Source: Rhodospirillaceae bacterium (GTDB lineage: Bacteria; Pseudomonadota; Alphaproteobacteria; GCA-2721365). From it: a DNA stretch of 64,000 bases. Each line of letters starts with the position of its first letter. The stretch's first letter is position 1. Below, one piece after another: positions 53,292 through 62,412 of the stretch. The translations under genes and the position numbers were made by a program. Location: the NCBI GenBank assembly GCA_002721365.1, contig PBKC01000073.1:27225-91224 (forward strand), given 5' to 3'. The notes under the pieces are model-generated. The model did no database searches, was not told where the DNA came from, and worked only from the letters and a program-made list of their open reading frames with translations.

Positions 53292-54080
53292 TCAAAGGAA
53301 GGCGCGAAGGGCGTCCAGGCATTCGTCCGGCTTCTCCACCATCATCATGTGGCCGGCGCCCGGAATCGCCACCAGCCGCGCATCGGCGATGGTATCGCAC
53401 AACCCTTGAGCCTTCTTGGCCGGGGTCATGACGTCGCCTTGGCCCACCACGACCAGAGTCGGACAGCGCACCGCGGCGGCGGCGGCTTCGCCATGGCCGT
53501 AGGCATTGCAGGCTGAGAAGTCGTTGAACAGCACGCCCGGTGCGGCGCGCTTCAGCAACCGGTCGGCCGAGCCGGTCACCCATAGGCCGGGTGCGCGGTA
53601 ACCGCCGATATGGGTGCTACGTCCGACCGCCCAGGTGACGATCATATCGACTGCCTTGTCGGGCTCGTCTCGGGTGGCGTTTAGCAAGGCGTCGTTCACC
53701 GGCATCGCCGCCGTGGCACCGAGCAAAGCGAGCTTGCTCACTCGCTCGGGCGCGCGAGCGGCCGTTTCCAGCGCGGTGATCGCCCCCATGCTGTGGCCGA
53801 CCAGGGCGGCCTTTTCGGCGCCCGCGGCGACGATCAGCGCCGCGACCCAATCGGCCAGCGTCTCGATCGAAGGCAGTGCGGGTCCTTCGGACCGGCCATG
53901 CCCCGGCAGATCGACCGCGAGCACTCCATGACCGTGATGAGCGAAGGAGCGGGCCTGCATCGCCCAAACCGTGTGATCCATTCCCGCGCCGTGCAGGAAG
54001 ATCACTGTGGGATCGGCAGGATCGAATGCGCGACCACCGGTGGCGGCGAAGACGCGCTTTCCGTCAACCGTCAGTTCCAT
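53292..54080 (-). CDS. Alpha/beta hydrolase
   Basis: VIFLHGAGMDHTVW, DLPGHGRSEG and the nucleophile elbow LVGHSMGA. I prefer the ATG at 54080 (MELTV...) to the TTG at 54086. It starts 2 nt after the metY stop. Confidence 0.85.
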   Translation of the reverse strand: MELTVDGKRVFAATGGRAFDPADPTVIFLHGAGMDHTVWAMQARSFAHHGHGVLAVDLPGHGRSEGPALPSIETLADWVAALIVAAGAEKAALVGHSMGAITALETAARAPERVSKLALLGATAAMPVNDALLNATRDEPDKAVDMIVTWAVGRSTHIGGYRAPGLWVTGSADRLLKRAAPGVLFNDFSACNAYGHGEAAAAAVRCPTLVVVGQGDVMTPAKKAQGLCDTIADARLVAIPGAGHMMMVEKPDECLDALRAFL

Positions 54081-54082
54081 GC

Positions 54083-55375
54083 TCAAGCCTTCTGCGATGC
54101 GCGCAATGCCTGGGAGAGATCGCCGATCAGATCGTCCGGATCCTCGAGGCCGATCGAGAGGCGCACGAGCTCCTCTCCGATTCCGGCGGCCGCCAGCGCC
54201 TCGGCATCCATCTGCTGGTGGGTCGTGCTCGCCGGGTGGATCACCAGCGACTTGGCGTCACCGACATTGGCGAGGTGGGAGAAGAGCCCCAGACGCTCGA
54301 TGAAACGCCGCCCCGCCGGGCGTCCCCCCTTGATCCCGAACGAGAAGACCGCGCCGCAGCCCTTCGGCAGAAGCCGCGTCGCCAGTTCGTGATCGGGATG
54401 GCCGGGAAGCTCAGGGTATGCGACCCACTCGACGGCCTCATGCCCATCCAGGAAGGCGACGACCTTGCGCGCGTTCTCGACATGGCGGGCCATCCTGACC
54501 GACAGCGTCTCCACACCCTGCAGCAGGTAGAACGCGTTGGTCGGGCTCATGCAGGCGCCGAAATCGCGCAGGCCCTCGGCGCGGGCCCGCATGATCAGGG
54601 CCTGGGTTCCGAATTCCTCGACGAAGTCGAGACCGTGATAGCCGGCATAGGGTTCGGTCAGGGTCGGAAACTTGCCCGATGCCTCCCAGTCGAAGCTGCC
54701 GCCGTCGACGAGGGCGCCGCCGATCGCGACACCGTGGCCGCCCAGGAACTTGGTGGCCGAATGCATGATGATATCGGCGCCGAGATCGAAGGGCCGGCAC
54801 AGATAGGGCGTGGTGAAGGTGTTGTCGATCATCAAGGGGACACCCGCCTCGTGACCGATCGCCGCGACGGCCGGAATGTCGAGGACTTCGAGTCCCGGAT
54901 TGCCGAGTGCCTCGCCGAACAGCAGGCGCGTCTCCGGACGGATCGCCTTGCGGAAGGCCTCCGGATCGCGCGCATCGACGAACGTTGTCTCGATCCCGAA
55001 GCGGGGCAGGGTATGCGCGAACAGATTCTGGCTGCCCCCGTAGATCGAAGCCGAGGAGACGATATGCCCGCCCGCACCCATCAGCGTTGCAACCGCAAGG
55101 TGCAGGGCCGCCTGGCCGCTGGCGGTGCAGATGGCGCCGACGCCGCCTTCCAGCGCCGCTAGGCGTTCCTCCAGCACCGCGACGGTGGGATTGGAAATCC
55201 GTGAATAGATGTGGCCTGCCCGCTCCAGATTGAACAGAGCCGCGGCCTGTTCCGTATCCCTAAAGACATATGACGTGGTCTGGTAAATCGGGACGGCGCG
55301 CGCACCGACCAATGGGTCCGGCTGCTGCCCGGCATGCAGGCTCAGGGTATCGAACTTGAAAGGAGAGGAAGTCAT
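54083..55375 (-). CDS. metY: O-acetylhomoserine aminocarboxypropyltransferase/sulfhydrylase (PLP, Cys/Met metabolism family)
   Basis: ORF trimmed to the ATG at 55375 after [39 protein letters not shown]...[10 protein letters not shown]...[11 protein letters not shown] supplies the PLP lysine. Confidence 0.92.
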   Translation of the reverse strand: MTSSPFKFDTLSLHAGQQPDPLVGARAVPIYQTTSYVFRDTEQAAALFNLERAGHIYSRISNPTVAVLEERLAALEGGVGAICTASGQAALHLAVATLMGAGGHIVSSASIYGGSQNLFAHTLPRFGIETTFVDARDPEAFRKAIRPETRLLFGEALGNPGLEVLDIPAVAAIGHEAGVPLMIDNTFTTPYLCRPFDLGADIIMHSATKFLGGHGVAIGGALVDGGSFDWEASGKFPTLTEPYAGYHGLDFVEEFGTQALIMRARAEGLRDFGACMSPTNAFYLLQGVETLSVRMARHVENARKVVAFLDGHEAVEWVAYPELPGHPDHELATRLLPKGCGAVFSFGIKGGRPAGRRFIERLGLFSHLANVGDAKSLVIHPASTTHQQMDAEALAAAGIGEELVRLSIGLEDPDDLIGDLSQALRASQKA

Positions 55376-55445
55376 GGCGTCACCACTGCGATCGAGCGGC
55401 GAACGATACACGCGGGCACCGTCGCGGTCCACACTGGGCGGCGCC

Positions 55446-55478
55446 GGAAACAGAAGAGCCGCCTACGGGAGGCGGCTC
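55446..55478 (-). terminator. Intrinsic-terminator-like hairpin in the metY leader (candidate attenuator)
   Basis: Minus strand reads GAGCCGCCT-CCCGT-AGGCGGCTC (9-bp stem, 55478-55456), followed by TTCTGTTTCC. It lies about 70 nt upstream of the metY ATG. Confidence 0.5.
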
Positions 55479-55482
55479 AGGC

Positions 55483-55545
55483 TCAGGGAGGCATCCGGAT
55501 GAGGACTGCAGCCGAAACTTGGGTGGCCGCAATCATCATCATCAT
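55483..55545 (-). promoter_or_regulatory. Candidate leader mini-ORF starting with four consecutive Met codons
   Basis: Minus strand ATG ATG ATG ATG ATT GCG ... TGA translates to MMMMIAATQVSAAVLIRMPP (20 aa). The Met codons sit in the loop and arm of the hairpin GCAATCAT/ATGATTGC (55529-55551). The stop codon is 4 nt before the terminator stem. The RBS is weak. Confidence 0.3.
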
Positions 55546-55701
55546 GATTGCCCATATATCTTAACGAAGGTCTAACAAGACTGAAGTTTCATTTGTCACT
55601 TCCGTTGCCCGATGGCTTCGGCCGTCGTCACTTCTGGCGGTGCTTAAGTAAGTAACCGCTGACCTCGACAGCCTCGCGGGCAGGGCACGGGCAGTGCTCG
55701 G

Positions 55702-55887
55702 CTACTGCTTGAAGAATTTCTCGGCAGCGCCGCGATGCCCCTTCTTGTCGGCGATCGCCTGTTCTACCCGTCGAATTTCGGCTTCGAGTTCAGTCTTGTA
55801 GTCACCGAGCGCCTCGATCGACATGGCCGACAGATCCTTGACCGATGACGGCTTCTGTCTCGGCCTGTCTTCTTCAGGATCAAACAT
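55702..55887 (-). CDS. DUF1192 domain-containing protein
   Basis: 61 aa, MFDPEEDRPRQKPSSVKDLSAMSIEALGDYKTELEAEIRRVEQAIADKKGHRGAAEKFF. This is the typical alphaproteobacterial DUF1192 layout. Confidence 0.82.
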   Translation of the reverse strand: MFDPEEDRPRQKPSSVKDLSAMSIEALGDYKTELEAEIRRVEQAIADKKGHRGAAEKFFKQ

Positions 55888-56054
55888 CGCCTCACCTCGT
55901 TTTCGACACCGTGTCGCCGACCGGCTTCCGCCCTTGATCCAAAAGAACGTCTTGGTTGAAAATGAATGGCTTTTGCGTAAGGTTCAAGAAAGCGATTGAA
56001 CGCTACAAACGATAATAACGTATGGCTGCCGTGGGGGCGGGCGCGCGAGATTCG

Positions 56055-56093
56055 ATGATGATGATGTGGCGACAGGGTCTTAGTCTTGGCTGA
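56055..56093 (+). promoter_or_regulatory. Second (ATG)4 mini-ORF, overlapping the TTG start of the MBL hydrolase gene
   Basis: ATG ATG ATG ATG TGG CGA CAG GGT CTT AGT CTT GGC TGA translates to MMMMWRQGLSLG. It ends 8 nt into the downstream ORF in another frame. Confidence 0.25.
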
Positions 56094-56919
56094 CCAGGAC
56101 GCGTTCTTCGTCCGTTTTTGGGGCGTTCGCGGCAGTATCGCTTGCCCCGGTCCCCGGACGATGCGCTATGGCGGCAATACGTCATGCCTGGAGGTGCGCT
56201 GCGGCGACCGTCTGCTGATTTTCGATGCGGGGACCGGCCTGCATTCGCTGGGGTCGAAGCTGATGGCGAACGGCGCGATGCAGGCGGACCTGTTCTTTAG
56301 TCATACGCATTTCGACCATATCTGCGGCTTCCCCTTCTTCGCTCCCGCATTTCGGCCGGACAACGCCTTGCGCATCTGGGCCGGCCATCTGCTGCCGGAA
56401 CGTACTGTCCGCGAAGTGCTGATCTACCTGATGATGGATCCGCTGTTCCCGGTGCCGATCGATACCATGCGGGCCAAGATGACCTTCTGCGACTTCGTCG
56501 CCGGCGAAGAACTTTCGCCCTACGAGGACGTCACGATCCGCACCGCGCCGTTGAACCATCCCAACGGCGCGACCGGGTATCGGGTCGAGTATCAGGGCAA
56601 GTCGATCTGCTACATCACCGATACCGAGCACGTGCCGGGGCACCCGGACGAAAACATCATTGGCCTGATCCGTGGCGCCGACATCGTCATCTATGACTGC
56701 ACCTACACGGATGACGAGTATCCCAGCCACGTGAACTGGGGTCATTCGACCTGGCAGGAGGGCGCGCGACTCGCGGAGGCTGCCGATGTGAAGACCTTCG
56801 TCGTGTTTCACCATGATCCCGATCATGACGACGACTTCATGGATTCGATCGCGACCCAGCTTGCCAAAATCCGCCCTGGCTCGATCGTCGCCCAGGAAGG
56901 GATGACGCTTCGCCCGTGA
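56086..56919 (+). CDS. MBL-fold metallo-hydrolase (PhnP/cyclic-nucleotide-phosphodiesterase-like)
   Basis: FVRFWGVRGSIACPG...GGNTSCLEV...LIFDAGTG...FFSHTHFDHICGFPFF contains the HxHxDH motif. TTG is the only in-frame start that retains the conserved FWGVRGS N-terminus; an in-frame stop lies at 56062. Confidence 0.85.
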   Translation: MADQDAFFVRFWGVRGSIACPGPRTMRYGGNTSCLEVRCGDRLLIFDAGTGLHSLGSKLMANGAMQADLFFSHTHFDHICGFPFFAPAFRPDNALRIWAGHLLPERTVREVLIYLMMDPLFPVPIDTMRAKMTFCDFVAGEELSPYEDVTIRTAPLNHPNGATGYRVEYQGKSICYITDTEHVPGHPDENIIGLIRGADIVIYDCTYTDDEYPSHVNWGHSTWQEGARLAEAADVKTFVVFHHDPDHDDDFMDSIATQLAKIRPGSIVAQEGMTLRP

Positions 56920-56942
56920 CTGGCTCCCGAACTGGTACCGAA

Positions 56943-57923
56943 ATGCGCTGTATCGAGATCGCCGAACCCGGCGGACCCGAGGTCCTGGTGCCGGGAAAGC
57001 GTCCGGCGCCTGAACCCGGCTATGGCGAGGTTCTGATCGACGTCGCCGCGGCCGGCGTCAACCGGCCCGACGTTCTGCAGCGGAAGGGCGGTTATGCGCC
57101 GCCGCCGGGTGCATCCGACATTCCGGGGCTGGAGGTCGCCGGAACCATCGCCGCCATCGGACCCGGCGTCTCGCGCTGGAAGGCGGGCGATGCCGTCTGC
57201 GCACTGGTGAGCGGTGGCGGCTATGCGGAGCTATGCGTGGCGCCCGAGGCGCAGGTCCTGCCGATTCCTGAGGGATACGACGCCGTCCGGGCGGCGGCGT
57301 TGCCCGAAACGTTCTTCACGGTGTGGACGAACGTGTTCGATCGCGGCCGTCTGAAGGGCGGCGAAACCTTCTTGGTCCATGGCGGTTCGAGCGGCATCGG
57401 CACCACGGCGATCCAGCTCGCTTCGGCGTTCGGCGCCCGCGTCTTCGCGACCGCCGGCAGCGCCGAGAAGTGCCGGGCCTGCGAGGACCTCGGGGCCGAG
57501 CGCGGGATCAACTACAAGGACGAGGACTTCGTCGCCGTGGTGAAGGAGGCGACGGACGGCCGCGGCGTCGACCTGATCCTCGACATGGTGGCGGGGGCCT
57601 ATCTGCCGCGCGACGTCGCGGCACTGGCGGTCGAGGGACGGCTGGTGATCATTGCCTTTCTGGGCGGCAGCAAGGTCGAGATGGACTTCCTGCCGGTCAT
57701 GGCGAAACGGCTGACGGTCACCGGCTCGACCTTGAGGCCGCGGAGCGTCGAGCAGAAGGGGCAGATCCGCGACTCGTTGCTGGCGGAGGCGTGGCCGTTG
57801 CTTTCTGCGGGCCGCGTCGGGCCGGTTCTCCACACGACGTTCCCGCTGGAGGACGCTGCCGCCGCACATGCGCTGATGGAAAGCAGCGCCCACATCGGCA
57901 AGATCGTTCTCACCACCGGTTAG
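56943..57923 (+). CDS. NAD(P)H:quinone oxidoreductase (zeta-crystallin/PIG3-type MDR)
   Basis: MRCIEIAEPGGPEVLVPGKRPAPEPGYGEVLIDVAAAGVNRPDVLQRKGGY...LVHGGSSGIGTTAIQLA. I prefer the ATG at 56943; the GTG at 56916 is an alternative. Confidence 0.9.
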   Translation: MRCIEIAEPGGPEVLVPGKRPAPEPGYGEVLIDVAAAGVNRPDVLQRKGGYAPPPGASDIPGLEVAGTIAAIGPGVSRWKAGDAVCALVSGGGYAELCVAPEAQVLPIPEGYDAVRAAALPETFFTVWTNVFDRGRLKGGETFLVHGGSSGIGTTAIQLASAFGARVFATAGSAEKCRACEDLGAERGINYKDEDFVAVVKEATDGRGVDLILDMVAGAYLPRDVAALAVEGRLVIIAFLGGSKVEMDFLPVMAKRLTVTGSTLRPRSVEQKGQIRDSLLAEAWPLLSAGRVGPVLHTTFPLEDAAAAHALMESSAHIGKIVLTTG

Positions 57924-57925
57924 AT

Positions 57926-57950
57926 CGCGTCTCCGGACGCGGATTTCTTT
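57926..57950 (+). terminator. Weak intrinsic terminator after the quinone oxidoreductase gene
   Basis: CGCGTC-TCCG-GACGCG (57926-57941), followed by GATTTCTTT. Confidence 0.4.
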
Positions 57951-58049
57951 AGCTCCGACGAGGTCGCGCCTATATAGAGAGGCGGTTCTCGAGACAAGCT
58001 TCGACCAGTACCGGGGTGCGCACCGCCCCCGAAGAAGGAGGATTGCCCT

Positions 58050-58613
58050 ATGGCACAGCCACTCATGCCGAAAGCAACGGCCGTATGGCTGGTCGACAAC
58101 ACGAGCCTGACGTTCGATCAGATCGCCGAGTTCTGCAATCTGCACCCATTGGAGGTGAAAGGGATCGCGGACGGCGAGGTCGCGGTGGGCATCTTAGGCA
58201 TGGACCCGATCGCGGCCGGCCAGGTCACGCGCGAGGAGATCACGCGCTGCGAGGCCGACCCGAAACTGCGTCTGCAGATTCGGCCGGCGGAGGTCCCGCT
58301 GACCACCGCTCGCCGCAAGGGGCCGCGCTATACCCCGGTGTCGAAACGGCAGGACAGGCCCGATGCGATTGCCTGGCTGTTGAAGTTCCATCCGGAACTC
58401 AACGATGCCCAGATCTCGCGCCTGTTGGGGACGACCAAGGCGACCATCGAAGCGGTCCGTAGCCGTTCGCACTGGAACACGCCCAACATCAAGCCGCGTG
58501 ATCCCGTTCTGCTCGGTATCTGCACGCAGGGCGAGTTCGAGAACGAGGTGGCGAAGGCGCGGCGCGAAGTCGAGCGGGCGCGCCAGCTCGCGGAGAGCGG
58601 CATCCAGGAATAG
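58050..58613 (+). CDS. DUF1013 domain-containing protein (TrcR-like cell-cycle regulator family)
   Basis: Strong GAAGGAGG RBS. MAQPLMPKATAVWLVDNTSLTFDQIAEFCNLHPLEVKGIADGEVA...PRYTPVSKRQDRPDAIAWLLKFHPEL matches the conserved alphaproteobacterial DUF1013 sequence. Confidence 0.88.
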   Translation: MAQPLMPKATAVWLVDNTSLTFDQIAEFCNLHPLEVKGIADGEVAVGILGMDPIAAGQVTREEITRCEADPKLRLQIRPAEVPLTTARRKGPRYTPVSKRQDRPDAIAWLLKFHPELNDAQISRLLGTTKATIEAVRSRSHWNTPNIKPRDPVLLGICTQGEFENEVAKARREVERARQLAESGIQE

Positions 58614-58642
58614 GCCGGTCATCCGTATCTTCCGAGCCGGCG

Positions 58643-60115
58643 ATGACGGATAGCCGGGCCGATCTGGCGTCCAGCGTCGAGCGGTTGGCTGAAGGTCGCG
58701 TTCTCTGCATTGGCGATCTGATGCTCGACCGCTTCGTAAGCGGGGCGGTGGAACGGATTTCGCCGGAGGCGCCGATCCCGGTCCTTCGTGTCGAGGCGGA
58801 GGACGTCATGCTGGGCGGTGCGGGCAATGTCGTCCGCAACCTGCTCTCGCTGGGCGGAAGCTGCCGTTTCGTTTCGGTGGTCGGCGAGGACGCCGACGGC
58901 GACCGCCTGACGGCTATGCTCGAAGGGGAGGGGCGGGTGATGCCCCACCTGCTTCGCGATCCGGCCCGGCGTTCGACGGTCAAGACGCGTTTCGTCGCCG
59001 ACGGACAGCAGCTTCTGCGCACCGACAGCGAGGCCGCACTTCCACTTTCCGACGAACTCGCGGCGCGAGCAGCGGAACGAATTGCCGGCTTTGCCGAAGG
59101 GGCCGGTGCGGTCGTTCTCTCCGACTACGGCAAGGGGACGCTCACCCCGGCTGTGGTCGGGGCCGCACTCGCTGCCGGCGAACAGGCGGGCGTCCGGGTG
59201 ATCGTCGATCCCAAAGGCACCGATTTCGGGCGCTATCGGGGCGCGGCGATCGTAACGCCCAACCGGCGAGAGCTCGCCGAGGCGACGCGGATGCCCGTGG
59301 GGTCGGATGCGGAGGTCGTCGCGGCCGCACGCCATCTGATCGAGAGCTTCGGCTTCGAAGCTGTTCTCGTCACCCGCAGCCAGGAAGGCATGACACTGGT
59401 GTCCGGCGGGGCCCACGAGGCGTCCCAGCACCTTCCGGCGGTAGCGCGAGAAGTATTCGACGTGTCGGGCGCTGGCGACACGGTCATCGCGACATTTGCA
59501 TTGGGCTTGGCTGTCGGCATGCCGCTCCGCGATGCCGCGGAGCTCGCCAATGCCGCGGCCGGCATCGTCGTCGGCAAGGTCGGGACGGCAACCGTCCGTC
59601 CGGCCGAACTGATCCACGCCCTTCACACCAGCGAGATGGAGGCGACCGACCGGAAGGTCGCGCCGGCAGCCGCTGCCGCCGAGATCCTCGCCGGATGGCG
59701 GCGGCGGAACGCCCGCATCGGGTTCACCAATGGCTGCTTCGATCTCCTGCATCCCGGGCATGTTTCGTTACTGCGCCAGGCCCGCGCGGCCTGCGACCGG
59801 CTGGTGGTCGGGCTGAACAGCGATGCGTCCGTTCGCCGCTTGAAGGGTGACGGCCGTCCGGTGCAGAGCGAAACGGCGCGCGCGATGGTGCTGGCCTCGC
59901 TCGCCGCCGTCGATCTCGTCGTCGTTTTCGCCGAGGACACGCCCCTTAGGCTGATCGAGTTGCTGCGGCCCGACGTGCTGATCAAGGGCGCCGACTACAC
60001 GATCGAAACCGTGGTCGGCGCGGACGTCGTCCAGGGATATGGGGGACGGGTGGTTCTCGCCGATCTCGTTCCCGGACACAGCACAACCGAAACGATCGCC
60101 CGGATGGGTCGCTGA
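58643..60115 (+). CDS. hldE: Bifunctional D-glycero-beta-D-manno-heptose-7-phosphate kinase / heptose-1-phosphate adenylyltransferase
   Basis: N-terminal PfkB kinase (VLCIGDLMLDRFVSG...DVSGAGDTVIATF). C-terminal cytidylyltransferase (GFTNGCFDLLHPGHVSLLRQAR...GLNSDASVRRLKG). Confidence 0.93.
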   Translation: MTDSRADLASSVERLAEGRVLCIGDLMLDRFVSGAVERISPEAPIPVLRVEAEDVMLGGAGNVVRNLLSLGGSCRFVSVVGEDADGDRLTAMLEGEGRVMPHLLRDPARRSTVKTRFVADGQQLLRTDSEAALPLSDELAARAAERIAGFAEGAGAVVLSDYGKGTLTPAVVGAALAAGEQAGVRVIVDPKGTDFGRYRGAAIVTPNRRELAEATRMPVGSDAEVVAAARHLIESFGFEAVLVTRSQEGMTLVSGGAHEASQHLPAVAREVFDVSGAGDTVIATFALGLAVGMPLRDAAELANAAAGIVVGKVGTATVRPAELIHALHTSEMEATDRKVAPAAAAAEILAGWRRRNARIGFTNGCFDLLHPGHVSLLRQARAACDRLVVGLNSDASVRRLKGDGRPVQSETARAMVLASLAAVDLVVVFAEDTPLRLIELLRPDVLIKGADYTIETVVGADVVQGYGGRVVLADLVPGHSTTETIARMGR

Positions 60116-60150
60116 GGCGGCGATCATGCGAAGCCGGATCGGTTTTCGGG

Positions 60151-61800
60151 TCAACGATCCGGCGCGATGCTGACCGGTAGCAGCTCGATCTTCCAGTACA
60201 GTCCGTCGACCGCGAAATCGATGTCGACCTTGGCGCCCAGGGTGTTGGCGACCGCTTTTTCGATGAGGGTACGGCCGAAACCCTGCTCGGTCGGCGGGTT
60301 CACTGCCGGTCCGTTCCGCTCCTGCCAGACGATGAGCAGGCCGCCGTCGCCGGTTCGCTGCCATGAGATGTCGATGCGGCCCTCCGGCACCGAAAGCGCG
60401 CCGTACTTGGTGGCGTTGGTCGCCAGTTCATGAAGCGCCATACCGATTTGCTGGGTGGCGTCGGCGTTGAGGCGGACCGGGGGGCCATCGACCGTCAACC
60501 GGCCGCCACCCGTCTCGGCAAATGGCATCAGCTGGACGGAAACCAGCTCCGCCATATCGATGCCCCGCCACTCCGACTTGACCAGCAGGTCGAGCGATGC
60601 GCCCAAAGCGATCAGGCGGCGGGCGAAGCTTTCTTGGAACTCCCGGTAATTCGTCGACCGGCTCATGCTCTGTCGGGCAATGGCGATCGCCAGCGTCAGC
60701 ATGTTCTTGGTGCGGTGAGCGAGTTCGCGCATCAGGTATTGGAGGCGTTGCTCGTGCCGCCGCAGGTCCGTCGATGCCTGGCTGAGTTCGCGGGAGACTT
60801 CGTTCGCTTCGCGCAGCAGCGAAACATGCTCCGAGACCAGTTCGCCCCGTCCCAATGCCCGTGCCGAGGATCGTAGGGCGTCTATGGGAAGCGCCACGCG
60901 CCGGGCGACCAGCGTCGCCAGCAGGACCATGAGAAGAATGAGGCCGCACGACGCGGCGAGGAAGATCCACCACGTCTGCCGCAACGGCGCTTCGAGAACG
61001 CTCAACGGGGTATAGGCGGCCACCATCCAGCCGGAAAATGGCGAGCGACGGTATGCGCGCAGGACCTCCGTTCCGTCGATACTGACGGTTCGGTGAACGC
61101 CAGCGGGTCCGGTGCTGGCTTTTGCGACATGGTCCACGAGGGGTTTTCCCACGGATGCGGCCGGATCCCGCGAGCGGGAGATGATGGCGTCTCGCCGGTC
61201 GGAAACGACGAGCGTCCATCCGAGGTCGACTTCCGGACGATCGAACTGGGTGAGAAGCGAGGTCGCCGATCGGGTGCCGATCAGCACGTAACGCACGGTG
61301 CCGTCGACGAGGACCGGAACCTCGACGTTGAACACATGCTCGCCGGCGACGGCACCTTCGAAAACGTCCGAAATGTTTTCTCGGCCGGTGTCGAGCACGT
61401 ATTGCGAGGATTCGGGGTCCGATGTCGGCGGCAGCGGTGTTCCGTAAGGAACCCGCGTGTTCATGAGCTGCTGCATGGTCTCGTCAACCAGCAGGATATG
61501 CGTGTCCGTTCCGGCCACGGCACGCTGCGCCCGCTCGTGAAACTCCGCAAAATCGCCGATCTGCAGATAGGGCGAGGTAGCGAGCGTCTTCAGGACGACA
61601 GCGAGATTTTCGAGCTCCCGATCGATCTGGCGGCCGACGTCGGCCGCCAGGTCCGTCGCCGTATCAGCGAGGCGCGCGCGCTCGATATTGCTGTAGTAGA
61701 GGATGCCGATGGCGCCGAGCGCGATGGCCGGAGTCAGCAGAATGAGGCCGAAGGCGGCCAGGTAGACGCGCAGCGGCCAATCGCGCCATCGCTTGGTCAT
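60151..61800 (-). CDS. Membrane sensor histidine kinase, Cache-like periplasmic domain + HAMP + HWE kinase core
   Basis: ORF trimmed to the ATG at 61800 (MTKRWRDWPLRVYLAAFGLILLTPAIALGAIGILYY). A second TM and HAMP follow, then MRELAHRTKNMLTLAIAIARQS (HWE H-box) and LHELATNATKYGA. Confidence 0.88.
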   Translation of the reverse strand: MTKRWRDWPLRVYLAAFGLILLTPAIALGAIGILYYSNIERARLADTATDLAADVGRQIDRELENLAVVLKTLATSPYLQIGDFAEFHERAQRAVAGTDTHILLVDETMQQLMNTRVPYGTPLPPTSDPESSQYVLDTGRENISDVFEGAVAGEHVFNVEVPVLVDGTVRYVLIGTRSATSLLTQFDRPEVDLGWTLVVSDRRDAIISRSRDPAASVGKPLVDHVAKASTGPAGVHRTVSIDGTEVLRAYRRSPFSGWMVAAYTPLSVLEAPLRQTWWIFLAASCGLILLMVLLATLVARRVALPIDALRSSARALGRGELVSEHVSLLREANEVSRELSQASTDLRRHEQRLQYLMRELAHRTKNMLTLAIAIARQSMSRSTNYREFQESFARRLIALGASLDLLVKSEWRGIDMAELVSVQLMPFAETGGGRLTVDGPPVRLNADATQQIGMALHELATNATKYGALSVPEGRIDISWQRTGDGGLLIVWQERNGPAVNPPTEQGFGRTLIEKAVANTLGAKVDIDFAVDGLYWKIELLPVSIAPDR

Positions 61801-61882
61801 GCCGTCTCTTGAACCGGTGTCCAGGCTGTCGACAACTTTCGCAGCTTGATCGATGGCGGGCAAGTCTGCGTCTCTTACGGGG

Positions 61883-62374
61883 TCAGATCGGGAATGCGGC
61901 GTCCAGCAACCGGGCGATGTCGGCACGGTCGGCTTCCATGAGCGCCGCGCCGACCATCAAGAAATAAGCATCGAGATTGCGGCCCGCATCGTCCCGCTTT
62001 CCGGCCGCAGTTTGTGGGGCTCCGTCGGGGAGGCACGCCTCATCCGCCAGCACCGACTGCTCGATCCGTTCGGCATCCAGCTCACAAGCGTTGATCTTGG
62101 CGCGAAGCGCCATCGCTTCAGGCCGCCGATCAGGCTTCATTCGTCGGCGAACGGCGCGTAGAGGCTCGATCACGCCGACCCGCCAGTCATGGACCTTCTC
62201 GGCCAGTACGGCCAAGTCGTTCGGCGTCAGCGTGCCGCGCCCGCTTGCCCCATACCAGCAGCAGTAGAGCAGCATGTTGACGTCCGCGCCCAGCCGGCCC
62301 TGAAGACCCAGGGCGGCGGGCGCGAAGCCCGGGCGCTCATAGACGGCGAGGGAGTAGTCCCAGAAATTTCCCAT
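61883..62374 (-). CDS. TIGR02444/DUF2390 family protein
   Basis: ORF trimmed to the ATG at 62374. MGNFWDYSLAVYERPGFAPAALGLQGRLGADVNMLLYCCWYGASGRG is typical of DUF2390. Confidence 0.8.
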   Translation of the reverse strand: MGNFWDYSLAVYERPGFAPAALGLQGRLGADVNMLLYCCWYGASGRGTLTPNDLAVLAEKVHDWRVGVIEPLRAVRRRMKPDRRPEAMALRAKINACELDAERIEQSVLADEACLPDGAPQTAAGKRDDAGRNLDAYFLMVGAALMEADRADIARLLDAAFPI

Positions 62375-62412
62375 GGGCGCCCTGCGGTTCGCGGTGGCAA
62401 CCTTGGGCCCCG

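Noticed and set aside
55561-55576. CtrA-box-like sequence TTAACGAAGGTCTAAC near DUF1192 and metY
   Set aside because: It matches TTAA-N7-TTAA only with a mismatch in the second half-site (CTAA). It is a single occurrence in an AT-rich promoter region, which is not enough to call.
55376-55701. Possible SAM-II (or other SAM) riboswitch upstream of metY
   Set aside because: I read the minus strand and could not find the conserved GAUUU / GGCUU...AAGC / AAAGCU features. I have no covariance-model scan, so this rejection is provisional. It is listed as a decisive check under the metY leader finding.
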